From assembly GCA_026066175.1 (NCBI GenBank), contig GCA_026066175.1_4721.1: a stretch of 64,000 bases of DNA. One strand, written 5' to 3'. Made by a program: the position numbers and the translations under genes. Positions 19,152-31,202 of the stretch are shown one piece after another. How positions within the stretch are numbered: position 1 is the stretch's first letter; every line of letters starts with the position of its first letter. The notes beneath the pieces were generated by a model that was given only the letters and a program-made list of their open reading frames with translations, had not been told where the DNA came from and searched no databases. The DNA is from a phage.

Positions 19152-19634
19152 TTAATAAATAACCCTGTTCCTACGCGTCTTTAAAACATGTGTGTAATAG
19201 AGGCTATGTACGCCGCTTAAGGTGTAATGTGTGCCAAACTCCTGATTGATGATGTTCTTTATCTTCTCCCATGTTAGTGCGTCCTTTCGAAGATCCTCTA
19301 CGCGATGATAAATCATTTCTCGACGGGATGCTTTGCAGGCTACAATACCGTAACGGTAACATAGTTTGTGGATTGAGTTCACGCTACGATTAAACGCCCG
19401 TGCGGCTTCGGCTAGGCTATGTGTTTTCACGTATTGTGCGATACGTGCCCGTTCGTCGAAGCTGCTGGTATGATGGCGTTGCTTTAGTTTCCACCGTTTT
19501 CGATTACGATTGAGGCGTCCTTGGACCGAACCTTCCGTCCGACCCAAGCGCGACGCAATTTCCAACATCGGGACGCCATCTTGATACAGCGTGATCAACA
19601 CAGCATCCTCTTCAGGTGTCCAGTCCTTGACCAT
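19152..19634 (-). CDS. HTH/Myb-like DNA-binding protein, paralog 5 of 6
   Basis: WTPEEDAVLITLYQDGVPMLEIASRLGRTEGSVQGRLNRNRKRW is a clear Myb/SANT-like repeat; WEKIKNIINQEFGTHY. Confidence 0.55.
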   Translation of the reverse strand: MVKDWTPEEDAVLITLYQDGVPMLEIASRLGRTEGSVQGRLNRNRKRWKLKQRHHTSSFDERARIAQYVKTHSLAEAARAFNRSVNSIHKLCYRYGIVACKASRREMIYHRVEDLRKDALTWEKIKNIINQEFGTHYTLSGVHSLYYTHVLKTRRNRVIY

Positions 19635-19644
19635 CGTACCTACC

Positions 19645-20103
19645 TCATCTTGCGTGATAACTTAAAAGACGCCCAAGCGAGGCGGGCGTATAGCGTGCTT
19701 TGAATTCTTTGTTGATTTGCTTGGTGAGGTCCTTCCACGCGAGCTTATCTCGAAGTTGATTAACCCGATTGCAAACCGCTAATCGTTTTAGTTTGTTAAT
19801 CATGATACCGTTACGATGACAATAACAACGTACCGAATGAACGCTCCGTCCGAGTTCTTCTGCGATCTCCGCTAACGTATGCGTTTCAGCAAGCTGGACT
19901 AGACGTCGTTTCTCCTCTTGACTGTAACTTGGCATTCGTGTAGGCAAAGAACGTTCTTTACGTCGCAAACGTAAGTAACGCGCTCGTACACTCTTCGGTG
20001 AACGGTTCATGCTTTGCGCGACTTCTGCATAACTCGCATTGGGGAGTGTTTTAAGAATCCGCAGCAACGTTGCATCTTCTGCTGGTGTCCAATGTCTACC
20101 CAT
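19645..20103 (-). CDS. HTH/Myb-like DNA-binding protein, paralog 6 of 6
   Basis: WTPAEDATLLRIL...EVAQSMNRSPKSVRARYLRL; LAEIAEELGRSVHSV; WKDLTKQINKEF. Confidence 0.55.
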   Translation of the reverse strand: MGRHWTPAEDATLLRILKTLPNASYAEVAQSMNRSPKSVRARYLRLRRKERSLPTRMPSYSQEEKRRLVQLAETHTLAEIAEELGRSVHSVRCYCHRNGIMINKLKRLAVCNRVNQLRDKLAWKDLTKQINKEFKARYTPASLGRLLSYHAR

Positions 20104-20107
20104 GTTC

Positions 20108-23230
<3,123 letters not shown>

Positions 23231-23256
23231 GTTGGGAGGGACACAGGCGAATCACC

Positions 23257-23889
23257 TTACGATTTCACAACACATTCGACTTCGTCGTTCATGTACGCGT
23301 CGTATAAAGACAAGACTTCTTTCATTTTGATTTCAGGTAACGCAACGGAACGTATCGCTTTCAAGATGTTCCGCGTTTGATGATGTTTTGCTGTGGCCTC
23401 ACGTGCTTTACAGAACCGACGGATACAGGTATTAACTTTACCGCCTTCAGCACGTTCGAGAGCAACATGCAGCTTCAAATCAAGCAATACATCGGTAAGT
23501 TCCTGAGTAGCCGGATCGTTACGAATGAGTCGTACGGTATGTTCATCAGGATTCAGCATCGTGAGGAACTGAAGTTTTATGTGCTCTGGTACCGGTTTCG
23601 TGTTCGCCATGATGGCATCAAGCTGTTCTTTAACGTCCAACTCGTTGAACACATAACGTTCGACGTGTACAACATGTGCTTTTCCTGATTCACCGTAAAT
23701 CGCCATCGCACGATAATCATCAAACAACACGACGTACATCAGATCTTGTTCTGGTCCTAGGGTACCATCGATGAGTTTCGGGGCATGTTTCTTGAAGAAA
23801 CCGTAACGAACAGCTTCATCCGGCTGGAGCGTCCACGCATTAACAGGCTGTTTTACGAGTTCCATGTAACACCTCATCAAGATCATCAC
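23257..23889 (-). CDS. Hypothetical protein
   Basis: 210-aa ORF. Confidence 0.45.
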   Translation of the reverse strand: MMILMRCYMELVKQPVNAWTLQPDEAVRYGFFKKHAPKLIDGTLGPEQDLMYVVLFDDYRAMAIYGESGKAHVVHVERYVFNELDVKEQLDAIMANTKPVPEHIKLQFLTMLNPDEHTVRLIRNDPATQELTDVLLDLKLHVALERAEGGKVNTCIRRFCKAREATAKHHQTRNILKAIRSVALPEIKMKEVLSLYDAYMNDEVECVVKS

Positions 23890-24154
23890 TTACACCAGAC
23901 GGCACAACCACACCGGTACGAATCACTGCCGCGATTTCCTGCATCGCTTTGCCTTTCAACGCAAAGGTTTCGTATACAACAGCACGTCGGGTTGTTAGGC
24001 CCACAAACTTACAGACGACCATGTTGTCTTCTGAAAGATACGCGGTTTCCAACTCACCGTGCAGCAGTTCTTTTTCTCGAGTATCAATGCCGATTAAGGC
24101 AATTTGATAGGCAGATAGTTTCCAATAACGCATATTCATCCTACTTGTAAACAA
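23840..24154 (-). CDS. Hypothetical protein
   Basis: 104-aa ORF. Confidence 0.3.
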   Translation of the reverse strand: MFTSRMNMRYWKLSAYQIALIGIDTREKELLHGELETAYLSEDNMVVCKFVGLTTRRAVVYETFALKGKAMQEIAAVIRTGVVVPSGVSDDLDEVLHGTRKTAC

Positions 24155-24966
24155 TCAAATATTCCGAAACCGAGTTCCTCGTTTCTACTTTAGCCGAGAT
24201 CATTCTCCTTACCGTAATCGGATGAAATTCTGATGCGGTACTATAGATTTCTTCAACCAATGGGCACGTACTATTACTGATTACGGTAGGGATACCCGAC
24301 TTACGAAGTTTGTCGGCCGTTTCTGCAAGGTATCGGTGGTCATCCAACGTGAATCCTTCCTTGGTATAACCTGTAAAAGAGGCTGTGGTCGAAATAGGGA
24401 TATACGGCGGGTCGCAATATACGACATCGCCCGATCTCACGTTTTCGAGGTGTCGTCTAAACCCACCACTTACAATTTCCACCCCCCCCCCCCTCGACGG
24501 TGGTACGAAGATGGTTAGCAGCCGTCCGTAATTCGTATTTCGGACAATAGATCGTCTTGTATCGTCCGTGCGCAACGTTAAATAATCCGTTTTGGTTATA
24601 GCGACACAAACCATTGAATCCGTAACGGTTCAGGTATATGAAACACACCGCACGTTCCCAAGGATCGTTGCTTTGATTAAAACGATCGCGTACCTCGTAA
24701 TAACGTTTAACGTCTTCCGGTGAAATTTGGAATAAACGTTCAACATCCTCAATGAATTGTTTCGGACATGTCACCAACGCTCTCCAAACATTAAGGATAT
24801 CCTCGTTAGCATCCCCAATGGAATAACTAGGATATTTCAGTGAAAGCGTCACCGCGCCAGAGCCGACGAACGGTTCAACCAAGCGTTTTCCATCCGGCAA
24901 CACATTCCTAATTTCAGGGATAAGTTTGGTTTTGTTACCCAACCATTTAAGAAACGTTTTATTCAT
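24141..24966 (-). pseudogene. dam: Dam-family N6-adenine DNA methyltransferase, split by a frameshift in a 12-nt homopolymer
   Basis: N-terminal ORF (24457-24966) has FLKWLGNK...LVEPFVGSGAV; C-terminal ORF (24141-24614) has VVYCDPPY; the two frames meet in the run of 12 C on the plus strand (12 G in coding sense) at 24482-24493; one fewer G gives ...RTTVEGGGVEIVSGGF... in frame. Confidence 0.75.
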
Positions 24967-25387
24967 CGAGAGACCCCTGCGACCCGATGAACTCGATGCT
25001 TATTTCCGTTCGAATCGGGTTGATAAGAATTTCACGTACACGCTCCAACCATTCGGGATTATCCGTCAGAACAACATCGGCGTATTTCAACGGTGTATGT
25101 TCGAACGTATCGGTTGTGCTTACCATCAATACACCGTTAAGTTCTACGTACAGCGGTATACGTCCACGAATACGTTGCCATGTGTCATGGGTCAGATCTT
25201 CGCATTCAAGCGCAATCGCGATGATGGGGCTGATGTTAAGTGGGAAGCTAGGATGCAACGTGCGGCGAAATGTCACCCAGTTCTCAACATGAGAAACCGC
25301 AAGTTCTATCGAACAACATTTTGGTGGTATCTGAATATGAATTTGTTGGACAAGTTTATTGGGGTTTTGTACAGACTTATCGGCCAT
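24959..25387 (-). CDS. Hypothetical protein
   Basis: 142-aa ORF. Confidence 0.45.
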   Translation of the reverse strand: MADKSVQNPNKLVQQIHIQIPPKCCSIELAVSHVENWVTFRRTLHPSFPLNISPIIAIALECEDLTHDTWQRIRGRIPLYVELNGVLMVSTTDTFEHTPLKYADVVLTDNPEWLERVREILINPIRTEISIEFIGSQGSLDE

Positions 25388-26356
25388 TTACTTTTTCCTG
25401 AAAATCAGCGTCGGTAATCCATTTCTTACAGCGTAGTATAACACCAATAAGTTAATCTTACCGGCCGATACCGTCAGGGTCTTCTTACGACGCGGTAAAC
25501 TGATCGGGATCTCGGTGGCGATTTCGCTGACGTTATGGAACGATTGAGCGTATCGACGCAGTGACGCTTCACCGAGGATCGGTAAGAAGAGATCTTCAGT
25601 AAAGGTACTATCGCAAATATACTGGATGTTAATAAGCGGGGGATTAAACTCATCCAGGAAATCGAAGAGTTCATCAACGATTTTCAACAGGTTCGCGGGT
25701 AATGGAACTTCACGAACATATTTCTGATTCCCTTTCTCAAGTAGAATCATCGTCATGCAGTAATCCTGGATGATATCAACAACGTCTTGCTGGGTGGTTG
25801 CCGCATTTAACAACGTGCAGGCTTCCGACCAGGAGAGTTGTCGGCGTGTCTCGTAGTAAGACGGTTGTAATACCGCGTAGAACTCACGGAGTAAACGACC
25901 AACATCACCACGGGTACGTATCGCTAACTCAACAGCATAACCTGTCTTTTCAGCATCGCTCAGAATGTCGTTACGCCACAAAACGTAATCGTCAAGCATG
26001 CTGCGGTATTTCTCGGTCCAATCAGATGAAAGATAATAACCGATTTCTTCAATAAGGACATTTACCTTACCGCCCAATGCCTCGCGACGAGGATCGACCG
26101 AAGGCTCGAATGTAAACGGTAATTTAGGTATGCCGAAACCATCAGCCACGATAACGTCGCTAAGGAAGGTCCCTAATGGCGACCAAGGACCCAGAAGATC
26201 CTGATACAGCATGGGGTGCATGCTATTAATCAAGGTGAATCGATCATCAAAGAAACGAATGCTTGGGTGCTCGGCGAGCGCAAGTTCCGCGTAGACTTTC
26301 TCAAGCTGTATTTTTATTGCGTCCCGTGTTTTATCGATAGGGCCTATAGAAGCCAT
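25388..26356 (-). CDS. Hypothetical protein
   Basis: 322-aa ORF. Confidence 0.5.
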   Translation of the reverse strand: MASIGPIDKTRDAIKIQLEKVYAELALAEHPSIRFFDDRFTLINSMHPMLYQDLLGPWSPLGTFLSDVIVADGFGIPKLPFTFEPSVDPRREALGGKVNVLIEEIGYYLSSDWTEKYRSMLDDYVLWRNDILSDAEKTGYAVELAIRTRGDVGRLLREFYAVLQPSYYETRRQLSWSEACTLLNAATTQQDVVDIIQDYCMTMILLEKGNQKYVREVPLPANLLKIVDELFDFLDEFNPPLINIQYICDSTFTEDLFLPILGEASLRRYAQSFHNVSEIATEIPISLPRRKKTLTVSAGKINLLVLYYAVRNGLPTLIFRKK

Positions 26357-26370
26357 GTCGTATATCCTCG

Positions 26371-26637
26371 TTAAAATGTGCCCATGATAGACAGGGCAAC
26401 GTGATCTTTACTCGCACGTGCTTGTAAGGACATATCCAGATTGCCTTTCTTAACACGCCAACGTGCGATCAGTTCTGGCTGCTCGACGGAATATAACCCT
26501 TCCCGGTGTTTATTCAACCATTTCGCGATCGGATGCAATTTATCGGGATCGACGACACCCAATTCCAATCCGCCTGCCGTCAGTGGTTTAGAATAAAAGT
26601 CAAGCGCGTTCCGTAAAAAGTCATCCTCGATACTCAT
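26371..26637 (-). CDS. Hypothetical protein
   Basis: 88-aa ORF. Confidence 0.4.
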   Translation of the reverse strand: MSIEDDFLRNALDFYSKPLTAGGLELGVVDPDKLHPIAKWLNKHREGLYSVEQPELIARWRVKKGNLDMSLQARASKDHVALSIMGTF

Positions 26638-26750
26638 CGCAGCATACCTACCATGCCGATAACCGCAAACAGTACGCCAACAGCGCTATACGCCAGCAGG
26701 ACTTTTGCAGCCCACGATTTTATTTCTACGTACTCTTCATTATTTACCAT
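26634..26750 (-). CDS. Very small membrane peptide (ORF absent from the supplied track)
   Basis: Hand translation: MVNNEEYVEIKSWAAKVLLAYSAVGVLFAVIGMVGMLR; stop overlaps the start of 26371-26637 (ATGA). Confidence 0.25.
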   Translation of the reverse strand: MVNNEEYVEIKSWAAKVLLAYSAVGVLFAVIGMVGMLR

Positions 26751-26826
26751 ATTTCACCCCGTTAGGTTATTGTCTGATCTCATACCTTTACCGAAGCGCA
26801 TCCCCGCCATTAAGACGGGGTGTTTA

Positions 26827-27201
26827 TTACCAGAGACGATTACCTTCCTCGTCCCACCAAGCAATCGCTTGCGTCGACTCAAATGAGTGAGGACGTAATG
26901 CCATGCCTTTGCGGTCAACGACTAACCGTAATTCGGTACCGAACCATTCAATCGAGATAAACAAACCCTTCCGAATGATGGCCTGGTAACCCGATAACCG
27001 TTCAAAGAGCCGTTGAAAGATCGTATCGTGTTCACACGACGTTAACGCTTCTGAATAACGCTGCAGGGATCTTGCATCAACAGGTAACCGTGTTTTACAG
27101 TTCCACCACAATACCGCGTACATCAATGCCGCATTACGCAAACGTAACGATTGAACCGGTGTGAGTTGTCGTCCTTCAACATCATCAATAATAACATACA
27201 T
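26827..27201 (-). CDS. Hypothetical protein
   Basis: 124-aa ORF. Confidence 0.4.
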   Translation of the reverse strand: MYVIIDDVEGRQLTPVQSLRLRNAALMYAVLWWNCKTRLPVDARSLQRYSEALTSCEHDTIFQRLFERLSGYQAIIRKGLFISIEWFGTELRLVVDRKGMALRPHSFESTQAIAWWDEEGNRLW

Positions 27202-27433
27202 TGCGTTTTATTCCGCGCTTGTTTCCTTAACATGGACACATTCCGCATCGATAATCACGCCGGTAGAACGATTCGTCTCGTTGGAGGAATCAAATCCGCT
27301 ATTAAACAACATCGCGAACGTGTTGTTATCCATACGAGCAAAGGTCTCCGCAATACGATCGGGATGAAAATCGGTGCGGTTGATGGTCGATTTCACAAGA
27401 ACTCCTATAAACAAATTAGTAATGGTGTTGAAA

Positions 27434-27913
27434 TTAAAGCAGGATCTGCGGGCAGCAGCAAGATTCGTAACCGCCTTCATACGGTAGTGTATTGCTGGTG
27501 TCAGGCCAAACAAGTTGAATACCCGCAACCTTCCCATAACGGACAACAGCGGTTGTTGCGTATTCTTGATTGAATGCGTCGATATCTTCGATTTCACGTA
27601 CATCCAAACGAAGGGTTTCACCAGTACCTTTCAGGGTCAGGTTACCATCAAAAGCACCTAATGGAACGGTCTTTGTTTTGACCATGAAATTACCCAGTTT
27701 GTTAATCGCGTTACCTAACGCCGGACAATAACCAGATACGAAGATTTCCGGCATTCCGTGTTCGGTTAACCCAACGGTATACATAAAGCCAGGCTCGTCG
27801 CTTCCTTCATCAGGAGCGACACCGATAATAGCCCAATGCTTTTTCTCGATTTGTTCTTCAACGAGATCATTCAGTTTGGAGAAATTATTATTAAGTTTAG
27901 CAACATTACTCAT
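27434..27913 (-). CDS. Hypothetical protein
   Basis: 159-aa ORF. Confidence 0.45.
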   Translation of the reverse strand: MSNVAKLNNNFSKLNDLVEEQIEKKHWAIIGVAPDEGSDEPGFMYTVGLTEHGMPEIFVSGYCPALGNAINKLGNFMVKTKTVPLGAFDGNLTLKGTGETLRLDVREIEDIDAFNQEYATTAVVRYGKVAGIQLVWPDTSNTLPYEGGYESCCCPQILL

Positions 27914-28193
27914 GTTCTCTTTCCTTTAATGCGTTTTCTAACCAACGGACGTAGCTTTCACGATAGATGTGAATATGTCTTTTCCCGTCCCGGAAGTTAG
28001 GGTCAATGAGGTGAACAGCGGCGGACGTAGACGCCACCGCGTGCTGAAGATGTTTTCGCGTTAATCGTCCAAGTTTTACCCAACGTCTGATGTAACGTGC
28101 ATCTGTTGCTAAGCATGTTCGCTCATCAACGAAAGGCACCAGGACTTGGACGATGCTGCCGTAATACACCATCGAACTATTGAACATCTGCAC
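27906..28193 (-). CDS. Hypothetical protein
   Basis: 95-aa ORF. Confidence 0.35.
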   Translation of the reverse strand: MQMFNSSMVYYGSIVQVLVPFVDERTCLATDARYIRRWVKLGRLTRKHLQHAVASTSAAVHLIDPNFRDGKRHIHIYRESYVRWLENALKEREHE

Positions 28194-28217
28194 CTCCGTG
28201 CAAATGGATGGAGCTGA

Positions 28218-28517
28218 TTAGTGAAGAATTACTGTTTGTGACCCGTTCTCGTATTCGGCCTGCAACTCGTCGTAACGACGATTGACAACTTTGATTGCGT
28301 TATCGATCTCCGACGTATCTGACGCAACCGATCGTCTCGCTTCCAATCGGTCTAACAACGCATCGCGCATACCTTCTGCGGCGGCGAGCTCACAGGTTGC
28401 CTGGTGTCGATCGTCTGAAAAGATGAAGAATGATTTGTTTTCTTCATCGGCCAGGAAGTAGTTACGAATCTCAGCCAATCGTTCCTCTGAGATTGGTCCA
28501 CGGTTATTTTCGCTCAT
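28218..28517 (-). CDS. Small acidic helical protein
   Basis: 99-aa ORF in the AT-richer stretch. Confidence 0.4.
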   Translation of the reverse strand: MSENNRGPISEERLAEIRNYFLADEENKSFFIFSDDRHQATCELAAAEGMRDALLDRLEARRSVASDTSEIDNAIKVVNRRYDELQAEYENGSQTVILH

Positions 28518-28529
28518 CTTGTATCCCTC

Positions 28530-28850
28530 TTAAAGTTTTAATGTATTTACGCCGTTTATAAGGGCATTGATTTCATCATCGATATTACTCACTCGTTCGA
28601 TAATCTTCTCCACTTGAATGATAGATTTCTTGTAAATACTCGCTGTCGCCGCAAGACCTTGTCCGTAAACACTCGAAATGTATATTCGAAGTTCTTTTAG
28701 GCGATCGAGCAACGACTGTGCTAGTTCTAAATATAACAATGTTTCGTTTGTTGGAATCGCTGTATTGAAAACACGTAACTTATGTTCTAACAACGATGTT
28801 GCGGCTTCAAGTTGGTAGGTGTATCTACGGTAAGCTTTAGGGTCAATCAT
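28530..28850 (-). CDS. Small helical protein
   Basis: 106-aa ORF in the AT-richer stretch. Confidence 0.4.
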   Translation of the reverse strand: MIDPKAYRRYTYQLEAATSLLEHKLRVFNTAIPTNETLLYLELAQSLLDRLKELRIYISSVYGQGLAATASIYKKSIIQVEKIIERVSNIDDEINALINGVNTLKL

Positions 28851-28857
28851 AACGACT

Positions 28858-29253
28858 TTATTTGTCAGGGTCTGGAAAATAGTAAAATCGCCAATGTAAC
28901 ATGGTAATTGCGTTTCTTATTCGATGTGCCTGAACACGGCGTCCAAGGAAGGACTTGTAGCATGAATCGCGATCCATAAACAACTCATGATTCGCTTTCA
29001 TCAGAATCACGATGTCCCTTAGATACGAATGGCAACACTCGATAAATGGGTCCGTATCGTACGTATATTTCCTCGCACTACCTATCCCCAACTCTCTATT
29101 TAACTCGCGACTGTTTATCATCAGCTTCGCATAACCGATAAGCCGAACGAAGTCCCGTAAATTGCGACGAAAGCAAAAATGTCGCCAGGTTCTTAGTACG
29201 TTATGTGACGGACCGGCGAGCGTCTGAGCCTCCGTATTAGAGTTAGTCATCAT
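28858..29253 (-). CDS. Hypothetical protein
   Basis: 131-aa ORF. Confidence 0.35.
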   Translation of the reverse strand: MMTNSNTEAQTLAGPSHNVLRTWRHFCFRRNLRDFVRLIGYAKLMINSRELNRELGIGSARKYTYDTDPFIECCHSYLRDIVILMKANHELFMDRDSCYKSFLGRRVQAHRIRNAITMLHWRFYYFPDPDK

Positions 29254-29875
29254 TGATACCTTCTATTAGTTGTACAGCAACTTCTTTTTCGGTGTTATAA
29301 AAGAACTTGCGGTGGAACTGAACAAGAAGCTTTTCAAATTTACATTGGACGATCTTTTTGCGTTCGATATGACCCAGGGAGAGCAAAGCACCCATGCAAC
29401 GTACAGCTTGCTCAAGAACTTGTTTTGCGGTATCGTGATCGTCTGGCAACGGTAAATCATTATCGTCCTGAGCGATAAGCCGTTTAATGATATTATCGAT
29501 ACGTACGCCATCACCATCGATGAACGCCGTTTTCTCCCATTTTTCGATTCGTTGGCGTGCCTCTTCCTGTATGAGTTGACGATATTCGGTTAACTCTTTT
29601 ATCTGGGTTTCTAAATCGTTTACGATTTGTTGGACGGACTGAAATTCACTTTTATTTTTATACCACCAATCGTTATGCGATGAAATCTTTTTAGCTTGTA
29701 ATACCACGCCACGACATACGTTAACCAAATGGTCACCATCCGGTAGCTCGGTACCGAAATGACGTTTGTGTTGATAACGCATCACACGTAGTAAACGTTT
29801 AGCCAGGAAACTTTGTTTATCGAGTTTCTTCTTCAGTTGTGTATATTTCTCTTCTCTTATTTCCATTAATTCCAT
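29243..29875 (-). CDS. Coiled-coil-like hypothetical protein
   Basis: 210-aa Lys/Glu/Gln-rich ORF. Confidence 0.4.
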   Translation of the reverse strand: MELMEIREEKYTQLKKKLDKQSFLAKRLLRVMRYQHKRHFGTELPDGDHLVNVCRGVVLQAKKISSHNDWWYKNKSEFQSVQQIVNDLETQIKELTEYRQLIQEEARQRIEKWEKTAFIDGDGVRIDNIIKRLIAQDDNDLPLPDDHDTAKQVLEQAVRCMGALLSLGHIERKKIVQCKFEKLLVQFHRKFFYNTEKEVAVQLIEGINDD

Positions 29876-30264
29876 GATGTTGTACCTCGTTCAGCGATCA
29901 GGAGAGTCTTGGTTACGCTTTTTGCTAACACACCGCAGTTACGATATATGCGCCTAAGGGACGATTTCAATTCGCAATAACGACTAAAATAAACTTTCAA
30001 GTCGTCTCTTGTTACCTCATCAGTATGTATTTTCGTAGAAACGCCGAGATCGATAAACTCTTTTCTTAATTGAGATAGTTCGTCAAGAAGGCGATGATAA
30101 CTTAGAGAGATAATAGATTTATCGGATAGTGGCTCGCCAGTTATCTGGCTCTGACGCTCATCGAAGTATTGTAAGTGCCATTCGATTCGCTTATGCAATT
30201 TATCGAGTAAACCAATAAAAGTATTATAGTTGGTAACGGCCAGGTTAACTTGGCTAGTTAACAT
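29866..30264 (-). CDS. Hypothetical protein
   Basis: 132-aa ORF. Confidence 0.4.
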   Translation of the reverse strand: MLTSQVNLAVTNYNTFIGLLDKLHKRIEWHLQYFDERQSQITGEPLSDKSIISLSYHRLLDELSQLRKEFIDLGVSTKIHTDEVTRDDLKVYFSRYCELKSSLRRIYRNCGVLAKSVTKTLLIAERGTTSWN

Positions 30265-30596
30265 TTCACATTCTCCGTTATTTGCTTTAAACAGTTACGT
30301 ATACTTTTCAATCGATGGTTAAATTCAGAACGATAGCACTTTCGTACATCCCGTCCTGCTCGCGCTTTGTTTGCCTGATGAAGCTGTTCATTCACCTGGG
30401 ATGCTATACGTAAACGCTGTAATAATGACCTCAGCCGAACAACAACCAACGGCTGTTCTTTCACTTTCTCGAGTTTAAGTAGATAGTCAATATGAAACTT
30501 TATTCCGATGATCTGATTCCTATTTTTGCGGTACTGGCGAATATGCCAACATCGACGGAAATAGGCGATGCTAAACATGGGGTAGATTCTCTTCAA
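30258..30596 (-). CDS. Basic hypothetical protein
   Basis: 112-aa Arg/Lys-rich ORF. Confidence 0.35.
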   Translation of the reverse strand: MKRIYPMFSIAYFRRCWHIRQYRKNRNQIIGIKFHIDYLLKLEKVKEQPLVVVRLRSLLQRLRIASQVNEQLHQANKARAGRDVRKCYRSEFNHRLKSIRNCLKQITENVKC

Positions 30597-30599
30597 ATG

Positions 30600-30797
30600 C
30601 TACCTCCGATAATACTTCGGATTAGGTGCTTTATGGTACTTATAAATACCTATTTTCTTCTGTTTGTCTTTACCAGGTCCTCGCTTAACGCGTTTGTTGA
30701 AAACACGATCCAAATATCGAGTAGCTATAAATCTGGACAAATACACCGGATCGATATAATCCATGGTACCTGCTTCTGTTTCTTCGAGACACTGCAT
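30600..30797 (-). CDS. Small basic protein with KRGPGKDK motif
   Basis: RVFNKRVKRGPGKDKQKK; member of a four-copy small-protein family. Confidence 0.3.
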   Translation of the reverse strand: MQCLEETEAGTMDYIDPVYLSRFIATRYLDRVFNKRVKRGPGKDKQKKIGIYKYHKAPNPKYYRR

Positions 30798-30823
30798 CCG
30801 TAACTCCTCTTTCCTCTAAGAAA

Positions 30824-31027
30824 TCAATCCAACATAAGCCACGACATCGCTTTCACGAGATAATCCAATGCAACGTCCATGATTCTTCGTTCCGACGTTT
30901 GTGTGATGCGTGCCGTAAATCGCTTTCCTTTATTACAACCCTTCTTGTATTTCCCTTTGATATAACGAACACCAATCGTGTCACGAATAACAAGTTCGGC
31001 TACGTCGTAGGGCGATATCTTAGTCAC
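30824..31027 (-). CDS. Small basic protein with KKGCNKGK motif
   Basis: RYIKGKYKKGCNKGKRF. Confidence 0.3.
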   Translation of the reverse strand: MTKISPYDVAELVIRDTIGVRYIKGKYKKGCNKGKRFTARITQTSERRIMDVALDYLVKAMSWLMLD

Positions 31028-31037
31028 CGTGTTTACC

Positions 31038-31193
31038 TCAAGTAGAGAAGGTTATCGGCTTTATTTCTACCTGTCCGTACATCCAGGTGTATCTCGATTT
31101 TCCTTTACGAGGACCTTTCTTAAATTTGGTGCTTATCGAAATACGATAACAGTACGACCAGGTCGCACGATTTATAGTGATCTTGTCCGCCAT
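31038..31193 (-). CDS. Small basic protein with KKGPRKGK motif (ORF absent from the supplied track)
   Basis: Hand translation: MADKITINRATWSYCYRISISTKFKKGPRKGKSRYTWMYGQVEIKPITFST; GAGGG upstream. Confidence 0.25.
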   Translation of the reverse strand: MADKITINRATWSYCYRISISTKFKKGPRKGKSRYTWMYGQVEIKPITFST

Positions 31194-31202
31194 GCCTTAC
31201 CC

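Noticed and set aside
24482-24493. Programmed ribosomal frameshift at the G12 tract in dam
   Set aside because: A homopolymer of one base is not a typical slippery heptamer and there is no obvious downstream pseudoknot; slipped-strand length variation or sequencing error is more parsimonious.
27208-27621. 137-aa minus-strand ORF overlapping 27434-27913 by ~190 nt in another frame
   Set aside because: The overlap is too extensive to be plausible; at most a short gene fills the gap 27202-27433, and I could not find a convincing start with a ribosome-binding site.
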